Assembly: GCA_002869265.1 (NCBI GenBank)
Contig: PKTH01000005.1
Span: forward strand, 1,423 to 65,422
DNA from: Candidatus Parcubacteria bacterium
GTDB lineage: Bacteria; Patescibacteriota; Patescibacteriia; Patescibacteriales; BM507
Reading direction: 5' to 3'
Length of the DNA: 64,000 bases
The position numbers were made by a program, and so were the translations under genes. The notes under the pieces were generated by a model. The model was not told where the DNA came from. It worked only from the letters and a program-made list of their open reading frames with translations, and made no database searches. How positions within the stretch are numbered: the stretch's first letter is position 1; every line of letters begins with the position of its first letter. This document shows positions 11,048 through 21,247 of the stretch, piece by piece.

Positions 11048-12094
11048 TTATTTCAATTTTTCAATTAATTCCGGGTTGTCCATATAAGCTTGAGCCTCAG
11101 TTTTTTCAATTAATTTCTCTTTGTACAGTCTCTTGATGTCTTGATCTATACTTACCATTCCCTCTTTTGAGCTTGTTTCAATAACTGTTTTTAGTTGTGC
11201 AATTTTATTTTCACGAATCAAATTTGAAACTGCTGGATTGTTTATCATTACCTCTCTGGCAGCCACTCTGCCACCGTCTATCTTATGCAAAAGTCTTTGT
11301 GAGACAACACCAGCCAAAGTATTAGCAACTTGCATTCTCACTTGATTTTGTTGATGGGGAGGGAATATGTCAATAATACGATCAACTGTTTGAGCGGCGT
11401 TGTAGGTATGAAGAGTAGCTAAAACTAAATGTCCTGTCTCAGCCAAAGTTATGGTGGTTGCAATAGTTTCCAAATCCCTCATCTCTCCAACCATGATAAC
11501 ATCAGGGTCTTGTCTCAGAGCATGCTTTAAGCCATTGTTAAAACTCATCATGTCTCTTCCTAATTGTCTTTGAATAATGACACTTTTATCGGCCTTAAAC
11601 TGATATTCAATTGGATCTTCAAAAGTAATAATATTTGCTCTTCTGTTTGTGTTGATATAATTAATCATTGCAGCCAAGGCGGTTGACTTACCACAGCCCG
11701 TAGGTCCTGTTACCAGTATAAGACCATGTTTTAAATCTAAAAGGTTATAAACTATCTCGGGCATTTGAATTTCTTCCAAAGTAGGCATCTTGTCTGTTAT
11801 AACTCTTGCCACCAAGCCAATATTTCCTCTTTCATAATGAATATTAACTCTAAATCGATAATCTCCTAGTTCCGTACCAAAATCTAGTTCTTTATACTCC
11901 GTAAATTTACTTTTTTGTTCGGCATCTAAGGAGCTTAAAACCATTGTTTCCATGTCTTTTTCCCCAAGCTCCTTCTCTCCTTCTATATCTACAAGCTCTC
12001 CATCAATTCTTAGAAAGGGTGGCCTACCCACAACTAAATGCAAATCTGAAGCCTTTTTCTCAATTGCTATTTTAAATAAGTCTTTTAATGTCAT
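11048..12094 (-). CDS. pilT: Type IV pilus retraction ATPase PilT
   Basis: 348 aa. Walker A GPTGCGKST, Asp/His boxes, and PilT-size secretion ATPase blocks (MVGEMRDLETI, GHLVLATLHT). Confidence 0.85.
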   Translation of the reverse strand: MTLKDLFKIAIEKKASDLHLVVGRPPFLRIDGELVDIEGEKELGEKDMETMVLSSLDAEQKSKFTEYKELDFGTELGDYRFRVNIHYERGNIGLVARVITDKMPTLEEIQMPEIVYNLLDLKHGLILVTGPTGCGKSTALAAMINYINTNRRANIITFEDPIEYQFKADKSVIIQRQLGRDMMSFNNGLKHALRQDPDVIMVGEMRDLETIATTITLAETGHLVLATLHTYNAAQTVDRIIDIFPPHQQNQVRMQVANTLAGVVSQRLLHKIDGGRVAAREVMINNPAVSNLIRENKIAQLKTVIETSSKEGMVSIDQDIKRLYKEKLIEKTEAQAYMDNPELIEKLK

Positions 12095-12191
12095 ATGTTT
12101 TTATTAGTTTTTATATAATGTAGTATCTCAATTTTATCATTTTATACGCAAAAATAAAAGAAAAGACCTACTGTTGTAGGTCTTTGTTTTC

Positions 12192-12584
12192 TTAGGTCTC
12201 CATCATGTCAACACTAATCCTGCCCTCTGCTTCAGGTATTTGAGCTAAAAGAATCTCTGAGGTTGTTTTGGCCTCTCCCCAGGTGTCAAACCTATGCGCT
12301 TTTGACCGATCAGCAGATATATAAAACCTCTCTCTATTCATTGTCACAAATGTTAAATCTGGATCATGAGGAAAAGCTATTGTCGACATGTAGCCCTCAG
12401 CCACATCTACTTTAATGTCGTTTATAAAAAATCCATCTGGCAAAACTTCTTTCGCTTCCAGCAGGGCTTCTTCATCAGAATCAAAGCGGTGAGCGCACTC
12501 CCTGTCTGTTACCCAAAAGCACATTTCCATACACTCAGAAAGATAATGTTTTAGATTACCATCAAAATAGAATGCTATTACCAT
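12192..12584 (-). CDS. Hypothetical protein with an internal duplication
   Basis: 130 aa, GGAG SD upstream and hairpin terminator downstream. Two copies of an F[WY][VI][TS]xDRxxAHRFDxxxEA block. No family recognised. Confidence 0.5.
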   Translation of the reverse strand: MVIAFYFDGNLKHYLSECMEMCFWVTDRECAHRFDSDEEALLEAKEVLPDGFFINDIKVDVAEGYMSTIAFPHDPDLTFVTMNRERFYISADRSKAHRFDTWGEAKTTSEILLAQIPEAEGRISVDMMET

Positions 12585-12629
12585 TTTTAACTCCTCTCTA
12601 AAAAGAACTTATTGGGTTCAGGAAAAAAA

Positions 12630-13322
12630 TTACCACTTTTTCTTTTTTATTCCCTTCTCCGCTGCATCTACCTGAGCTTCTTGTTTTGAGCTTCCTTTTC
12701 CCTTAGCAACAAGGTCTTCACCTAAATACAATCCAACTTCAAAAGTTTTGTCGTGGTCAGGTCCGCTCTCTCCCAACACTCTATAGTGTGGAGTCGTTTT
12801 TATCTTTTCTTGAGATAATTCTTGAAACTTTGATTTGGGATCAAGATACAATTTATTTTCTAAAATATTATCAAGCTTAGAAAGCATATATTTATGAACA
12901 AATTCACTGGCCTTTTTTATCCCCTGATCAAGATATATAGCACCAATCAAGGCCTCCACTGCATTTGCCATTATATATTGTCTTGCTTTGGTATTTTTGT
13001 CCTTAGCTTCACCCTTGGATAAATAAAGATAACTCTCAAGGTCAATCTCTTCTGCCACAACGGCTAACATTTTAGAGTTAACCAAAGATGCTCTCCAGTT
13101 AGTAAGATCTCCTTCTGGGGTTTCTGGGTAGTTTTTGTATAAAAATTCTGTCACCACTATCTCCAAAACAGCATCCCCCAAAAATTCAATTCGCTCATTG
13201 TGCGGCAAATGAAATTCGGGATGCTCATTTAAATAAGAACGGTGAACCACAGACTGCTTTAAGTAGTCTGGATTTTTAAACTTAACATTTATTAGGTCCT
13301 CCAACTTTGAAAAATTTTTCAT
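12630..13322 (-). CDS. rnc: Ribonuclease III
   Basis: 230 aa. RNase III signature ERIEFLGDAVLEIVV plus a C-terminal dsRBD. Confidence 0.9.
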   Translation of the reverse strand: MKNFSKLEDLINVKFKNPDYLKQSVVHRSYLNEHPEFHLPHNERIEFLGDAVLEIVVTEFLYKNYPETPEGDLTNWRASLVNSKMLAVVAEEIDLESYLYLSKGEAKDKNTKARQYIMANAVEALIGAIYLDQGIKKASEFVHKYMLSKLDNILENKLYLDPKSKFQELSQEKIKTTPHYRVLGESGPDHDKTFEVGLYLGEDLVAKGKGSSKQEAQVDAAEKGIKKKKW

Positions 13323-13394
13323 TGTTTCAAAATTGCTAGATTATGAATTGTTAAATTGATAAACAATATAACAATAGAATAATGTAACAATACT

Positions 13395-13865
13395 TTATTT
13401 GTTATCTTCTTTTTTTGTTTCCTCCCTTTTTTCTTCAACAAAGCCTTCGCTTGATTGAATGTCTTTATAGATAGCGCCTAAAACTCCATTAATAAATTTA
13501 CCAGAAGCTTCTCCGCCAAAAGCCTTTCCTATTTCAATCGCTTCATTAATAGCTACTTTAGCGGGGATGTCATCATTCATTTTGAGTTCATAAACACCTA
13601 TGCGCAAAATATTTCTATCAACTACTGTTATCTGATCAAGGGGCCATTCAGTAGCATATTTAGTAATATTCTTATCTATTTCAGATAAATTTTCAGTAAC
13701 TCCCTTTATGATATTTTTAGAAAATCCTTGGTCATCAAAACTTGGTGCAAAGTTATCAAACATTTGCTTTAGCGAATCTCCAAGATCAATGTCTTTTTTC
13801 CCGTGAAAATCCCAAAGAAACAAAGTTTGCATTGCTATTGTTCTTGCTAAGTGTCTATTAGCCAT
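13395..13865 (-). CDS. nusB: Transcription antitermination factor NusB
   Basis: 156 aa. R..AR..A.Q.LF N-terminus and a NusB-fold helical pattern. Confidence 0.8.
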   Translation of the reverse strand: MANRHLARTIAMQTLFLWDFHGKKDIDLGDSLKQMFDNFAPSFDDQGFSKNIIKGVTENLSEIDKNITKYATEWPLDQITVVDRNILRIGVYELKMNDDIPAKVAINEAIEIGKAFGGEASGKFINGVLGAIYKDIQSSEGFVEEKREETKKEDNK

Positions 13866-13892
13866 AGTTTTTCTAAAAAAACAAAAAGCGTT

Positions 13893-14093
13893 TTATTTTT
13901 CGCTTTTTGCTGTTTTCTCCTTAATTTTGATAATTTCTCTTTCTCGATAAGTTCCACAAAATGAACAAGCCTTGTGTGGCTCAACGGATTTACCGCATTT
14001 TGAACATTTTATTAAAGAAACTGTTTTAAGAGCGTGATGAGATCTTCTTCTTCCTACCGAGCTGGAAGTCCTTCTCTTTTTAGGTACAGACAT
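13893..14093 (-). CDS. rpmF: 50S ribosomal protein L32
   Basis: 66 aa. MSVPKKRRTSSSVGRRRSHHAL plus a CxxC...CxxC zinc ribbon. Confidence 0.9.
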   Translation of the reverse strand: MSVPKKRRTSSSVGRRRSHHALKTVSLIKCSKCGKSVEPHKACSFCGTYREREIIKIKEKTAKSEK

Positions 14094-14176
14094 AGTTTAT
14101 ATTTCTTCTTTTAATTGTTATTAAACATCATTTGTATAATATAGTATTAACTTATTTTTATCCAATAGTCAAGTAT

Positions 14177-14205
14177 TTGACTTTTTTAGTTTGTTTGACT
14201 ATTAT
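14177..14205 (+). promoter_or_regulatory. Sigma70-type promoter
   Basis: TTGACT, 17-nt spacer, TATTAT, ~50 nt upstream of the ATG at 14253. Confidence 0.5.
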
Positions 14206-14252
14206 TATCTATTATCCTCAGTTCTTTTCACTCTTGAATACGGAGGCGTGGT

Positions 14253-14762
14253 ATGACAAAAAATAATCCCGTTGATCAATTTTTGATGTCAAGATTTCAA
14301 TGCTTTGCAAACATCTCTTTAAAATATCTAAAAGTATCCTGGGTCACTTGGGGACAGCTCTTGTGGATTTTAATTTCATACTTTGGTGTGAGATCTATGC
14401 TCCTTTTTATCTCAGCCCAATTTCACCTTCCATTTGATGTTTTTTTATGGACCCTTCCTTTCGCAGTCGCTATGTCTTTTCCTGTCGTTGCTGGATTGAA
14501 TAATTTCTATCAGGATCTCAAATCTGAAACTTCAATAGTCTACAACGGAAGTAAAACGGATAAATTTAGATCTGATCGTAGGGGGCATATCCAGATTATG
14601 TTTGTTTTTTCTGTATTAGTTTACCTCATGGGGAGATTCCCGTCTGAAAGCTATATTGTCCCACCAATGATGCTGGAAGCACTTCTTAGCATTTCAATAA
14701 CCTTCTTCTGCTTTAGCCTTTATGTTCATATGGTTGCTTGCGACTATGTGCCTCAAAAGTAA
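14253..14762 (+). CDS. Hypothetical membrane protein (about 4 TM)
   Basis: 169 aa, GGAGG SD, hairpin terminator (CCCCTGG...CCAGGGG) right after the stop. No family recognised. Confidence 0.5.
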   Translation: MTKNNPVDQFLMSRFQCFANISLKYLKVSWVTWGQLLWILISYFGVRSMLLFISAQFHLPFDVFLWTLPFAVAMSFPVVAGLNNFYQDLKSETSIVYNGSKTDKFRSDRRGHIQIMFVFSVLVYLMGRFPSESYIVPPMMLEALLSISITFFCFSLYVHMVACDYVPQK

Positions 14763-14827
14763 AAATAATATCACCCCTGGTTAATACAGCCAGGGGTTTT
14801 TGTTTTAAATGTTGGCTTGTTTTACCA

Positions 14828-14856
14828 TTGACAAAAAATAAATAATATGTTAATAT
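14828..14856 (+). promoter_or_regulatory. Sigma70-type promoter
   Basis: TTGACA, 17-nt spacer, TAATAT, upstream of the ATG at 14909. Confidence 0.5.
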
Positions 14857-14908
14857 AATTTCATATTTTTTGTTCTTTCTAGGAAACTACTATACTCGGA
14901 GGTAAATC

Positions 14909-15463
14909 ATGAAAGAAAAAACCATTTATAGTGTAAGAAAAAACATAATCGATCGCGGCTCTCTTCTAATGAACCGATCATTAGGTTTTTCCGATTCAGT
15001 AAAAGTGTCAGCTGAAGTTATTGATGCGGTGAAAAACAAACTCATTAAGTGGGAAGAGCTGGGCTTCAACAAGGAAGCTCTCAGGGCTTATGTCAATCTG
15101 GCCTTCGCTCTCGAACAGATTGATGGTCTCAAAAAACACAATCTCCTTTGGGATATTGCCATTAATGTCGCCAACGACATCTATTCAGCCATTAATCTGG
15201 GCTTGATCACCTGGGACGATCTCGGTATCCTTTCTGGAGATCTCTCATATGATGTTAAAGAATGTGGTCGAAACCACGCCATCAAACTAACAAAAGATTT
15301 GATTGAGGGAGTGTATTCAGGAACCGTGAGACTAGATGTGGTCGATGAAGTCAATCGTGCAATTGACGGAAAGGTTACTTCAGTAGCCACTATTTCCAGG
15401 GTCTTAAAGATTGACGCTGAGAAAATAAAAGAACTGATTGAAATAGAAACTATACTGAATTAA
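14909..15463 (+). CDS. Hypothetical soluble protein
   Basis: 184 aa, GGAGG SD, visibly higher G+C than the neighbours. No motif recognised. Confidence 0.5.
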   Translation: MKEKTIYSVRKNIIDRGSLLMNRSLGFSDSVKVSAEVIDAVKNKLIKWEELGFNKEALRAYVNLAFALEQIDGLKKHNLLWDIAINVANDIYSAINLGLITWDDLGILSGDLSYDVKECGRNHAIKLTKDLIEGVYSGTVRLDVVDEVNRAIDGKVTSVATISRVLKIDAEKIKELIEIETILN

Positions 15464-15489
15464 AAACCCGATTAAGCTAGGAGAAAATT

Positions 15490-15612
15490 ATGGCTCAACT
15501 TGTTTGTTCAGAACATGGCTGTTTCTATGTTCACCATCGACTTCACGGGTACGTTTGTCCGGTCTGTTTAAGAAACCTTGAGGCCATTTTAAAAAAAATA
15601 CGTGGCCACTAA
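15490..15612 (+). CDS. Small Cys/His-rich (zinc-ribbon-like) protein, 40 aa, not in the ORF track
   Basis: AGGAG SD 7 nt upstream. Translation: MAQLVCSEHGCFYVHHRLHGYVCPVCLRNLEAILKKIRGH. A terminator hairpin follows. Confidence 0.4.
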   Translation: MAQLVCSEHGCFYVHHRLHGYVCPVCLRNLEAILKKIRGH

Positions 15613-15619
15613 AAAAACA

Positions 15620-15648
15620 ATGGAGACGATTAATCGTCTCCATTTTAT
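15620..15648. terminator. Bidirectional intrinsic terminator
   Basis: Perfect stem ATGGAGACGAT / ATCGTCTCCAT with an A-run before and a T-run after. The T-run overlaps the queA stop. Confidence 0.7.
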
Positions 15649-16691
15649 TTTATAAACATAGCGTCTCCGTAAGAATAAAAACGATATTTTTTTTCAATTG
15701 CTTCTTTGTAGGCTCTTTTTACTTCTTCTTTCCCCGCCATTGCACTTACCAACATTATAAGAGTTGATTTTGGAAGGTGAAAGTTTGTAACTATCGAATC
15801 AACATTTTTAAACTGATACCCAGGATAAATAAATATATCCACCCAAGCACTAAGAGCATCACTATTACCAAGCGCCTCTAAAGACCTGGCGCTGGTTGTG
15901 CCAACCGCAATAATCTTGTTCTTATTATTTTGTGTTTCTCTTATTTTTTTAACTGTTTTTGAACTTATTTCAACCCACTCAGCATGCATCTTATGACTCT
16001 CTATATCATCTACTTTTACAGGCGCAAAAGTCCCCATTCCAACATGAAGGGTAATGTACTCTATGTTCACTCCTTTGTTTTTGATCTTTTCTAAAAGCTC
16101 TGGGGTGAAATGAAGTCCAGCTGTTGGGGCTGCGACTGAGCCCTGCTTATCGGCTTCTGCAAAAACAGTTTGATAATCTTTCTTGTCTTTTTCGGTATTA
16201 TATTTTTTATTGTCTAGCTTTCTTTGCTTTTCTATATAGGGGGGGAGGGGAATCTTGGCATTCATCTCTAAGAAGCCCATCAACCCTTTTCCTTCCATGG
16301 GAAGTTCAACCAGCCAAGTCCCATCTCCATTTTCCTCTCTGACTAGCACCTCAAAATAATCTGTTATTTTTATTGTCAGCCCTTCTTTTATTTTCTTCCC
16401 GCCAATCAAGCACTGCCACCTATATTTAGTTTGAGGATGCAAAAGAAAAACTTCTATTTTCCGCTCACTTTCTTTCACTTTCCCTAATAATCTAGCTGGA
16501 AAAACTTTTGAATTGTTTAAAACCAGCAAATCTCCCTTTTCAAAATAATCCAAAATATCATAAAACCTTTTATGAGATATTTCTCCGTTTTCTTTATCCA
16601 AAACCAACATTCTCGAATGATCACGAGGACTTATTGGGCTGGTGGCAATTAAATTTTCGGGTAAATCAAAATTAAAATCAGAAACTTTCAT
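15645..16691 (-). CDS. queA: S-adenosylmethionine:tRNA ribosyltransferase-isomerase
   Basis: 348 aa. DFNFDLPENLIA..P...RD.SRMLVL N-terminus and the VGTTS block. Confidence 0.9.
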   Translation of the reverse strand: MKVSDFNFDLPENLIATSPISPRDHSRMLVLDKENGEISHKRFYDILDYFEKGDLLVLNNSKVFPARLLGKVKESERKIEVFLLHPQTKYRWQCLIGGKKIKEGLTIKITDYFEVLVREENGDGTWLVELPMEGKGLMGFLEMNAKIPLPPYIEKQRKLDNKKYNTEKDKKDYQTVFAEADKQGSVAAPTAGLHFTPELLEKIKNKGVNIEYITLHVGMGTFAPVKVDDIESHKMHAEWVEISSKTVKKIRETQNNKNKIIAVGTTSARSLEALGNSDALSAWVDIFIYPGYQFKNVDSIVTNFHLPKSTLIMLVSAMAGKEEVKRAYKEAIEKKYRFYSYGDAMFIK

Positions 16692-16781
16692 CTATTGACA
16701 ATTATTTAAAAAAATGTTATCTTGGTTTTGTTCTTTAAGAAAAAAAATCATAGTTGTTTTCTATTTCAGAAAGGAAATCAA

Positions 16782-16979
16782 ATGATCAAAGCAGTGATAA
16801 AGATTGTCTTAAGTCTGGTTGCGATGTACTGTTGTGTTTGGGCTATTACTTTTGTCCAAGATCATCCCCAATTGTTTTCACTCAAGGATGACTACCTGTT
16901 TTTTACCGTCCTTATTGGGGTCTTTGTTGCCTCTATCTCCTGTGCAATAAACGGAGTCTGCTCTTTCAGAAAAAAATAA
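16782..16979 (+). CDS. Small two-TM membrane protein
   Basis: 65 aa from the ATG at 16782; the track ORF starts at an upstream TTG. A TTGACA-17-TATCTT promoter lies upstream and a terminator hairpin follows. Confidence 0.4.
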   Translation: MIKAVIKIVLSLVAMYCCVWAITFVQDHPQLFSLKDDYLFFTVLIGVFVASISCAINGVCSFRKK

Positions 16980-17045
16980 TTTCCAAAGGTCACCTAGGTG
17001 ACCTTTTTATTTTAGAAGAAAAGACCATTAAAATGGTCTTTTTTA

Positions 17046-17228
17046 TTAATTTGGACATATGCCAAAATGCAATTTACTTTTCGCTGCCTCCGAGTGGGCT
17101 CTTTCTATTTTTTGTATGAATCTTCTAACTGCCCGATACAGATCTGGGTCAACTCTTACACTTATTGGTTCTGAAACATGAACACCAGACTGCCTTAGCC
17201 TATCAAAAAAATCCTTATTAAATGCCAT
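17046..17228 (-). CDS. Small hypothetical protein (60 aa)
   Basis: AAGGAG SD, terminator hairpin downstream. No family recognised. Confidence 0.4.
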   Translation of the reverse strand: MAFNKDFFDRLRQSGVHVSEPISVRVDPDLYRAVRRFIQKIERAHSEAAKSKLHFGICPN

Positions 17229-17268
17229 TGTTTTCTCCTTTTTTTAAATGGTCCAATAATGAACAAAA

Positions 17269-18270
17269 TTATTTTAACCTCTTTTTCCCTAAATGTCTAT
17301 ATGCGATATCAGTCACAATCCGTCCTCTAGGAGATCTATCTATAAATCCCAGTTGCATTAAATAAGGCTCATATACGTCCTCTACTGTAGAGACATCTTC
17401 TCCCGTAGTGGCGGCAATAGTATTTAGTCCAACTGGACCTCCATCAAACTTATCAATAATAGTCTCGAGAATCTTTCTGTCTATCCAATCGAGGCCATGT
17501 TCATCCACTTCTAGCATTTCAAACGCAGAAAAGCAATTTTCTTTATTTATAGTCCCGTCAGATTTCACCTCACAATAATCTCTCACTCTCTTTAAAAGTC
17601 TATTGGCAATACGAGGAGTTCTTCTAGACCTTCTGGCTATCTCTATAGCTGATGATTCGTCTAGACTGGTATTTAGGATTCCAGAATTTCTTTTGATTAT
17701 TTTTTCAATATCTGCGTGTTCATAAAAGTTCAAGTGATGAATCACACCAAAACGATCACGCAATGGAGCTGACAACAAACTAACCTTTGTGGTCGCTCCA
17801 ATTATAGAAATTTTAGGTAAATCAATTCTAAGTGTTCTGGCGGATGGCCCCTTACCGATTATAATATCAAGTACATTATCTTCCATTGCAGGGTAGAGTA
17901 TTTCTTCGATGGTTTTGTGCAATCTATGAATCTCATCAATAAACAAAATATCTCCATCACTAAGATTAGTTAGTATAGCAGCTAGATCACCTGATTTTTC
18001 TATTGCTGGTCCAGAGGTCACTCGGATGTTTGCTCCCATCTCATTAGCTATAATATGAGCCAGGGTTGTCTTTCCCAGTCCTGGTGCGCCATAAAGAAGC
18101 ATGTGTTCGATCGGCTCTCCTCTTTTTTGAGCTGCCTGAACTGTTATATTGATGTTCTCTTTTATTTTGTCTTGTCCAATATAGTCTTCGATTTTTTTTG
18201 GCCGAAGAGCATTCTCCGTCGGCTTGTCGTCATTTGACTCTGTTGGATCTACTAATCTTTCTTCTTCCAT
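17269..18270 (-). CDS. ruvB: Holliday junction branch-migration helicase RuvB
   Basis: 333 aa. Walker [18 protein letters not shown], and a winged-helix C-terminus. Confidence 0.92.
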   Translation of the reverse strand: MEEERLVDPTESNDDKPTENALRPKKIEDYIGQDKIKENINITVQAAQKRGEPIEHMLLYGAPGLGKTTLAHIIANEMGANIRVTSGPAIEKSGDLAAILTNLSDGDILFIDEIHRLHKTIEEILYPAMEDNVLDIIIGKGPSARTLRIDLPKISIIGATTKVSLLSAPLRDRFGVIHHLNFYEHADIEKIIKRNSGILNTSLDESSAIEIARRSRRTPRIANRLLKRVRDYCEVKSDGTINKENCFSAFEMLEVDEHGLDWIDRKILETIIDKFDGGPVGLNTIAATTGEDVSTVEDVYEPYLMQLGFIDRSPRGRIVTDIAYRHLGKKRLK

Positions 18271-18274
18271 ATTT

Positions 18275-18868
18275 TTAAAGTAATTTTCTTGGTTTTAGTA
18301 AAAGCCCAAAAAATGATATTAAGGCCAAGCTTGCCATAGAAATAAATAATATATGAAAACCAAGGTACTTAACTATATATCCACCAATCAAAACTCCAGA
18401 CGCTGACACTAAATTAGCAATTAATGTCCACGTAGAGTATTCTCTCATATGAATATTTTTATCAAGATGTTCAGCAAAAATTGTGTTAAAAGCTGGCGTG
18501 CCTATAGCCTCACCAATACCAATAATAACCTGTACAAGTATTAACTGATATATGTTTGTTACAAAAATAAATGAAATCCATGCAATCGCCCTCAGTAGCA
18601 TTCCTCCCATTAATAAAAATTCCTTTTCTTTAACCCCATCACCATTTCTTCCTACTATAATTGTAGCTATTGTGGATGCTATTAAAAAGGCTGCCCATGA
18701 ATAACTTACAGCCAGAACTCCATCTACTTGTGATTCAACAAAAAAAGCATAAAGGGGGCCCAAAAGACCTGCCCCTAAAACGAAAATACCATTATAAAAA
18801 AATAAAACTTTCAATGATTTATTATACATATTTAAATAATAGTGGAATAAGCTTCTTTTGGCAATCAA
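18275..18868 (-). CDS. Six-TM membrane protein resembling one half of an MFS transporter
   Basis: 197 aa, six hydrophobic helices, MFS N-half-like pattern. Could be a half-size transporter or a truncated gene. Confidence 0.4.
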   Translation of the reverse strand: MIAKRSLFHYYLNMYNKSLKVLFFYNGIFVLGAGLLGPLYAFFVESQVDGVLAVSYSWAAFLIASTIATIIVGRNGDGVKEKEFLLMGGMLLRAIAWISFIFVTNIYQLILVQVIIGIGEAIGTPAFNTIFAEHLDKNIHMREYSTWTLIANLVSASGVLIGGYIVKYLGFHILFISMASLALISFFGLLLKPRKLL

Positions 18869-19863
18869 AGCTGGGCAATCAAAATACTGAATTTGGTCGG
18901 GCTATTTTCTCCACTTTCTCTGTTTTTTTTATTTATTTCAACAAGCTCCCTCAAAATCCCCTTCAAAAACTCCAGACTATAGTGTCTAACTTGATTAATG
19001 CTTTTTTGAGCAACGAAGGGATGTATTTTTAAATCACTGATTATTTTTCTCTGATTAGCCCCCAGGTCTAGGGCCTGTCTTACTTGTAACAATCTTTTAA
19101 ACTGCCAAATTGTCATTGTAAGAAGATAGTCAAAAGAAACTCCATTTTGTAATTGCTCTTCAAAAAGTTTCAATGCCAATTTTTTATTTTTTGATCCAAT
19201 AGCATCAGTTAAGGCAAAGATATTATCATCAAATGAACCAACGCTCATTGCTTCAACATCATCTTTGGTTATTTCAAGTTTTCCACCCGCTAAAAGCTTC
19301 ATGCCCTCTTTGTAATTAATAAGCTTCTCTAGTTCGCTCTTTATACGCCACAGATCATTATCTAGAACAGAGGCCAGCTCAGCAGAGACTGGCATGCTTA
19401 TATTTGCTCCCAAGGATTCAGCTTCTTTTTTTATCCAGGCGGTAATTTCTGTGTTTGAAAGTTTTTTAAATTCCTGCGAAACACTTCCAGAGCCAAGGAG
19501 AGCCCAAAGGTCTTTTTTCACTTTTGTTGGATGAGGTCCAATCCCGGACTCATGAAATATTATTATATTTCCTTCCTTGGGGTCTTTGTCTTTTGTCTCT
19601 TCATTTTTTAAGAAATCAAGAACGGATTTAAATATTTCTTTATCCTTATTTAAAAAGAAATTCTCTACAACGACCATTCTCCTTCGCACAAAAAGAGAGC
19701 CTGAATTTACAGCCTTGTTTAATTCATCCATGCTAAGCTTTTCTCCATCAATACTTGAAATAGCTTCCCCGCTTGGATCAACGTCTTTTTTAAATTTCTC
19801 TTTCAGCTCTGACAATTTTCTTTTTATTCGAAAATCGTCTTCACCATATAAAAATATTATCAT
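18865..19863 (-). CDS. holA: DNA polymerase III delta subunit
   Basis: 332 aa. LYGEDDF start and clamp-loader delta-like helical C-terminus. Overlaps murD and the downstream gene by 4 nt. Confidence 0.65.
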   Translation of the reverse strand: MIIFLYGEDDFRIKRKLSELKEKFKKDVDPSGEAISSIDGEKLSMDELNKAVNSGSLFVRRRMVVVENFFLNKDKEIFKSVLDFLKNEETKDKDPKEGNIIIFHESGIGPHPTKVKKDLWALLGSGSVSQEFKKLSNTEITAWIKKEAESLGANISMPVSAELASVLDNDLWRIKSELEKLINYKEGMKLLAGGKLEITKDDVEAMSVGSFDDNIFALTDAIGSKNKKLALKLFEEQLQNGVSFDYLLTMTIWQFKRLLQVRQALDLGANQRKIISDLKIHPFVAQKSINQVRHYSLEFLKGILRELVEINKKNRESGENSPTKFSILIAQL

Positions 19864-21179
19864 TTCAATTTTTCAATTTCTTTCTTAAATTTTTCTCCCC
19901 TCTCTTTATAATTCTTAAAAACACCAAAGCTAGCACAGGCAGTTGAAAGTAAAACAACATCTCCATCCTCTTTAATTTTTTTCAGCTTTTTAAAAGCCTC
20001 TTCCATGCTACCCACGAAAGAAATTTTTTTGAAAGGGTATTTTACTTTAAGAAGTTCTTTTTTTATTTTTGTACTTCCCTTGCCATTAAACAATATTATA
20101 TACTTTACTCTTTTTTTTAGTTCTCGTGCAAGGCCTAAAAAATTTGCCCCTTTATCAGCTCCTCCAGCCAAAGCAATAATCGGTCCCTTAAAAGATTTTA
20201 GGGCAGTAATGGTTGCCTCTGGGGTGGTCGCAAAACTGTCGTTGTAAAATTCTACGTTATCAATCTTTCCAGCAAGCTCTATTCTATGTTCAAGCCCCAT
20301 ATACTTTTTAACTGCTCTCCTAACCACCTCCTTGCTTATTTTCAAAACCTTGGCTACCTCGACAGCGGCGGCAATGTTTTCTTTGTTATGCTCCCCAATC
20401 AACCCAGATTCTATATCTGATTTATGGAAAAATATTCTCTCGGCTAGTACCGGTTCCTTTTCAAGTCTCTTGGCCACTTTGATATTTGCTATAAATTTAT
20501 CTGATTTTCTTTGGTGAGCAAAAATATTCTTTTTGGCTAGCCAATATGCTGCTAGGCTTTTGTGATAGTTTGGGTTATTGGGGTCTGCTGGGCTTAAATG
20601 TTCTTTATAGAAATTTGTAAAAACAGCTACTTTGGGACTCTGGTCTAGGTCTTCAAGCTGAAAACTAGATAATTCCAGGACTACCCAGTCGTCCTTTTTT
20701 ATTTTGGTGACAAACTCAAAGGGAGCATTCCCAATATTACCACCAAGCCATACTCTTTTGCCTGCCTCTTTTATTATCTGATAAATCAAAGTACTGGTAG
20801 TGCCCTTCCCCTTGGTCCCAGTTACTCCTATTATGTTTTTTGATGGACATGTTTCAAAAAACATTTTCATCGGACTGCTCACCACCACTCCGTTCTTTTG
20901 AGCCTTGGATATTTCTTCATCAAACAAAGTCCAGCCGGGAGATCTAAAAATAATATCAAAATCAGAATAATTATATTTCTGTTTACCTAGGTTCCAAAAA
21001 ACATTTGTGTTCTTTTTATACTTAAGATATCTATTACCAAGTGCTTTTTCATCCCTTGAATCAAAAACTGAAATATTGCATTCTGTTTTTTTGTTTATTA
21101 TATAGTCAATTAGGGCTATATTTTCAACGCCCAAACCCAACACAGCTATGTTTTTATTTTTTAATTCTTTAATTGACAT
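19860..21179 (-). CDS. murD: UDP-N-acetylmuramoylalanine--D-glutamate ligase
   Basis: 439 aa. Mur ligase P-loop GVTGTKGKGTT and the MurD-type N-terminal Rossmann domain. Confidence 0.85.
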   Translation of the reverse strand: MSIKELKNKNIAVLGLGVENIALIDYIINKKTECNISVFDSRDEKALGNRYLKYKKNTNVFWNLGKQKYNYSDFDIIFRSPGWTLFDEEISKAQKNGVVVSSPMKMFFETCPSKNIIGVTGTKGKGTTSTLIYQIIKEAGKRVWLGGNIGNAPFEFVTKIKKDDWVVLELSSFQLEDLDQSPKVAVFTNFYKEHLSPADPNNPNYHKSLAAYWLAKKNIFAHQRKSDKFIANIKVAKRLEKEPVLAERIFFHKSDIESGLIGEHNKENIAAAVEVAKVLKISKEVVRRAVKKYMGLEHRIELAGKIDNVEFYNDSFATTPEATITALKSFKGPIIALAGGADKGANFLGLARELKKRVKYIILFNGKGSTKIKKELLKVKYPFKKISFVGSMEEAFKKLKKIKEDGDVVLLSTACASFGVFKNYKERGEKFKKEIEKLK

Positions 21180-21247
21180 CTTTTTTAAATGATGATATTA
21201 ATAATAATTATTTGTTCTTTCCCTAATTTAAACATGGAGGTGTTTAT

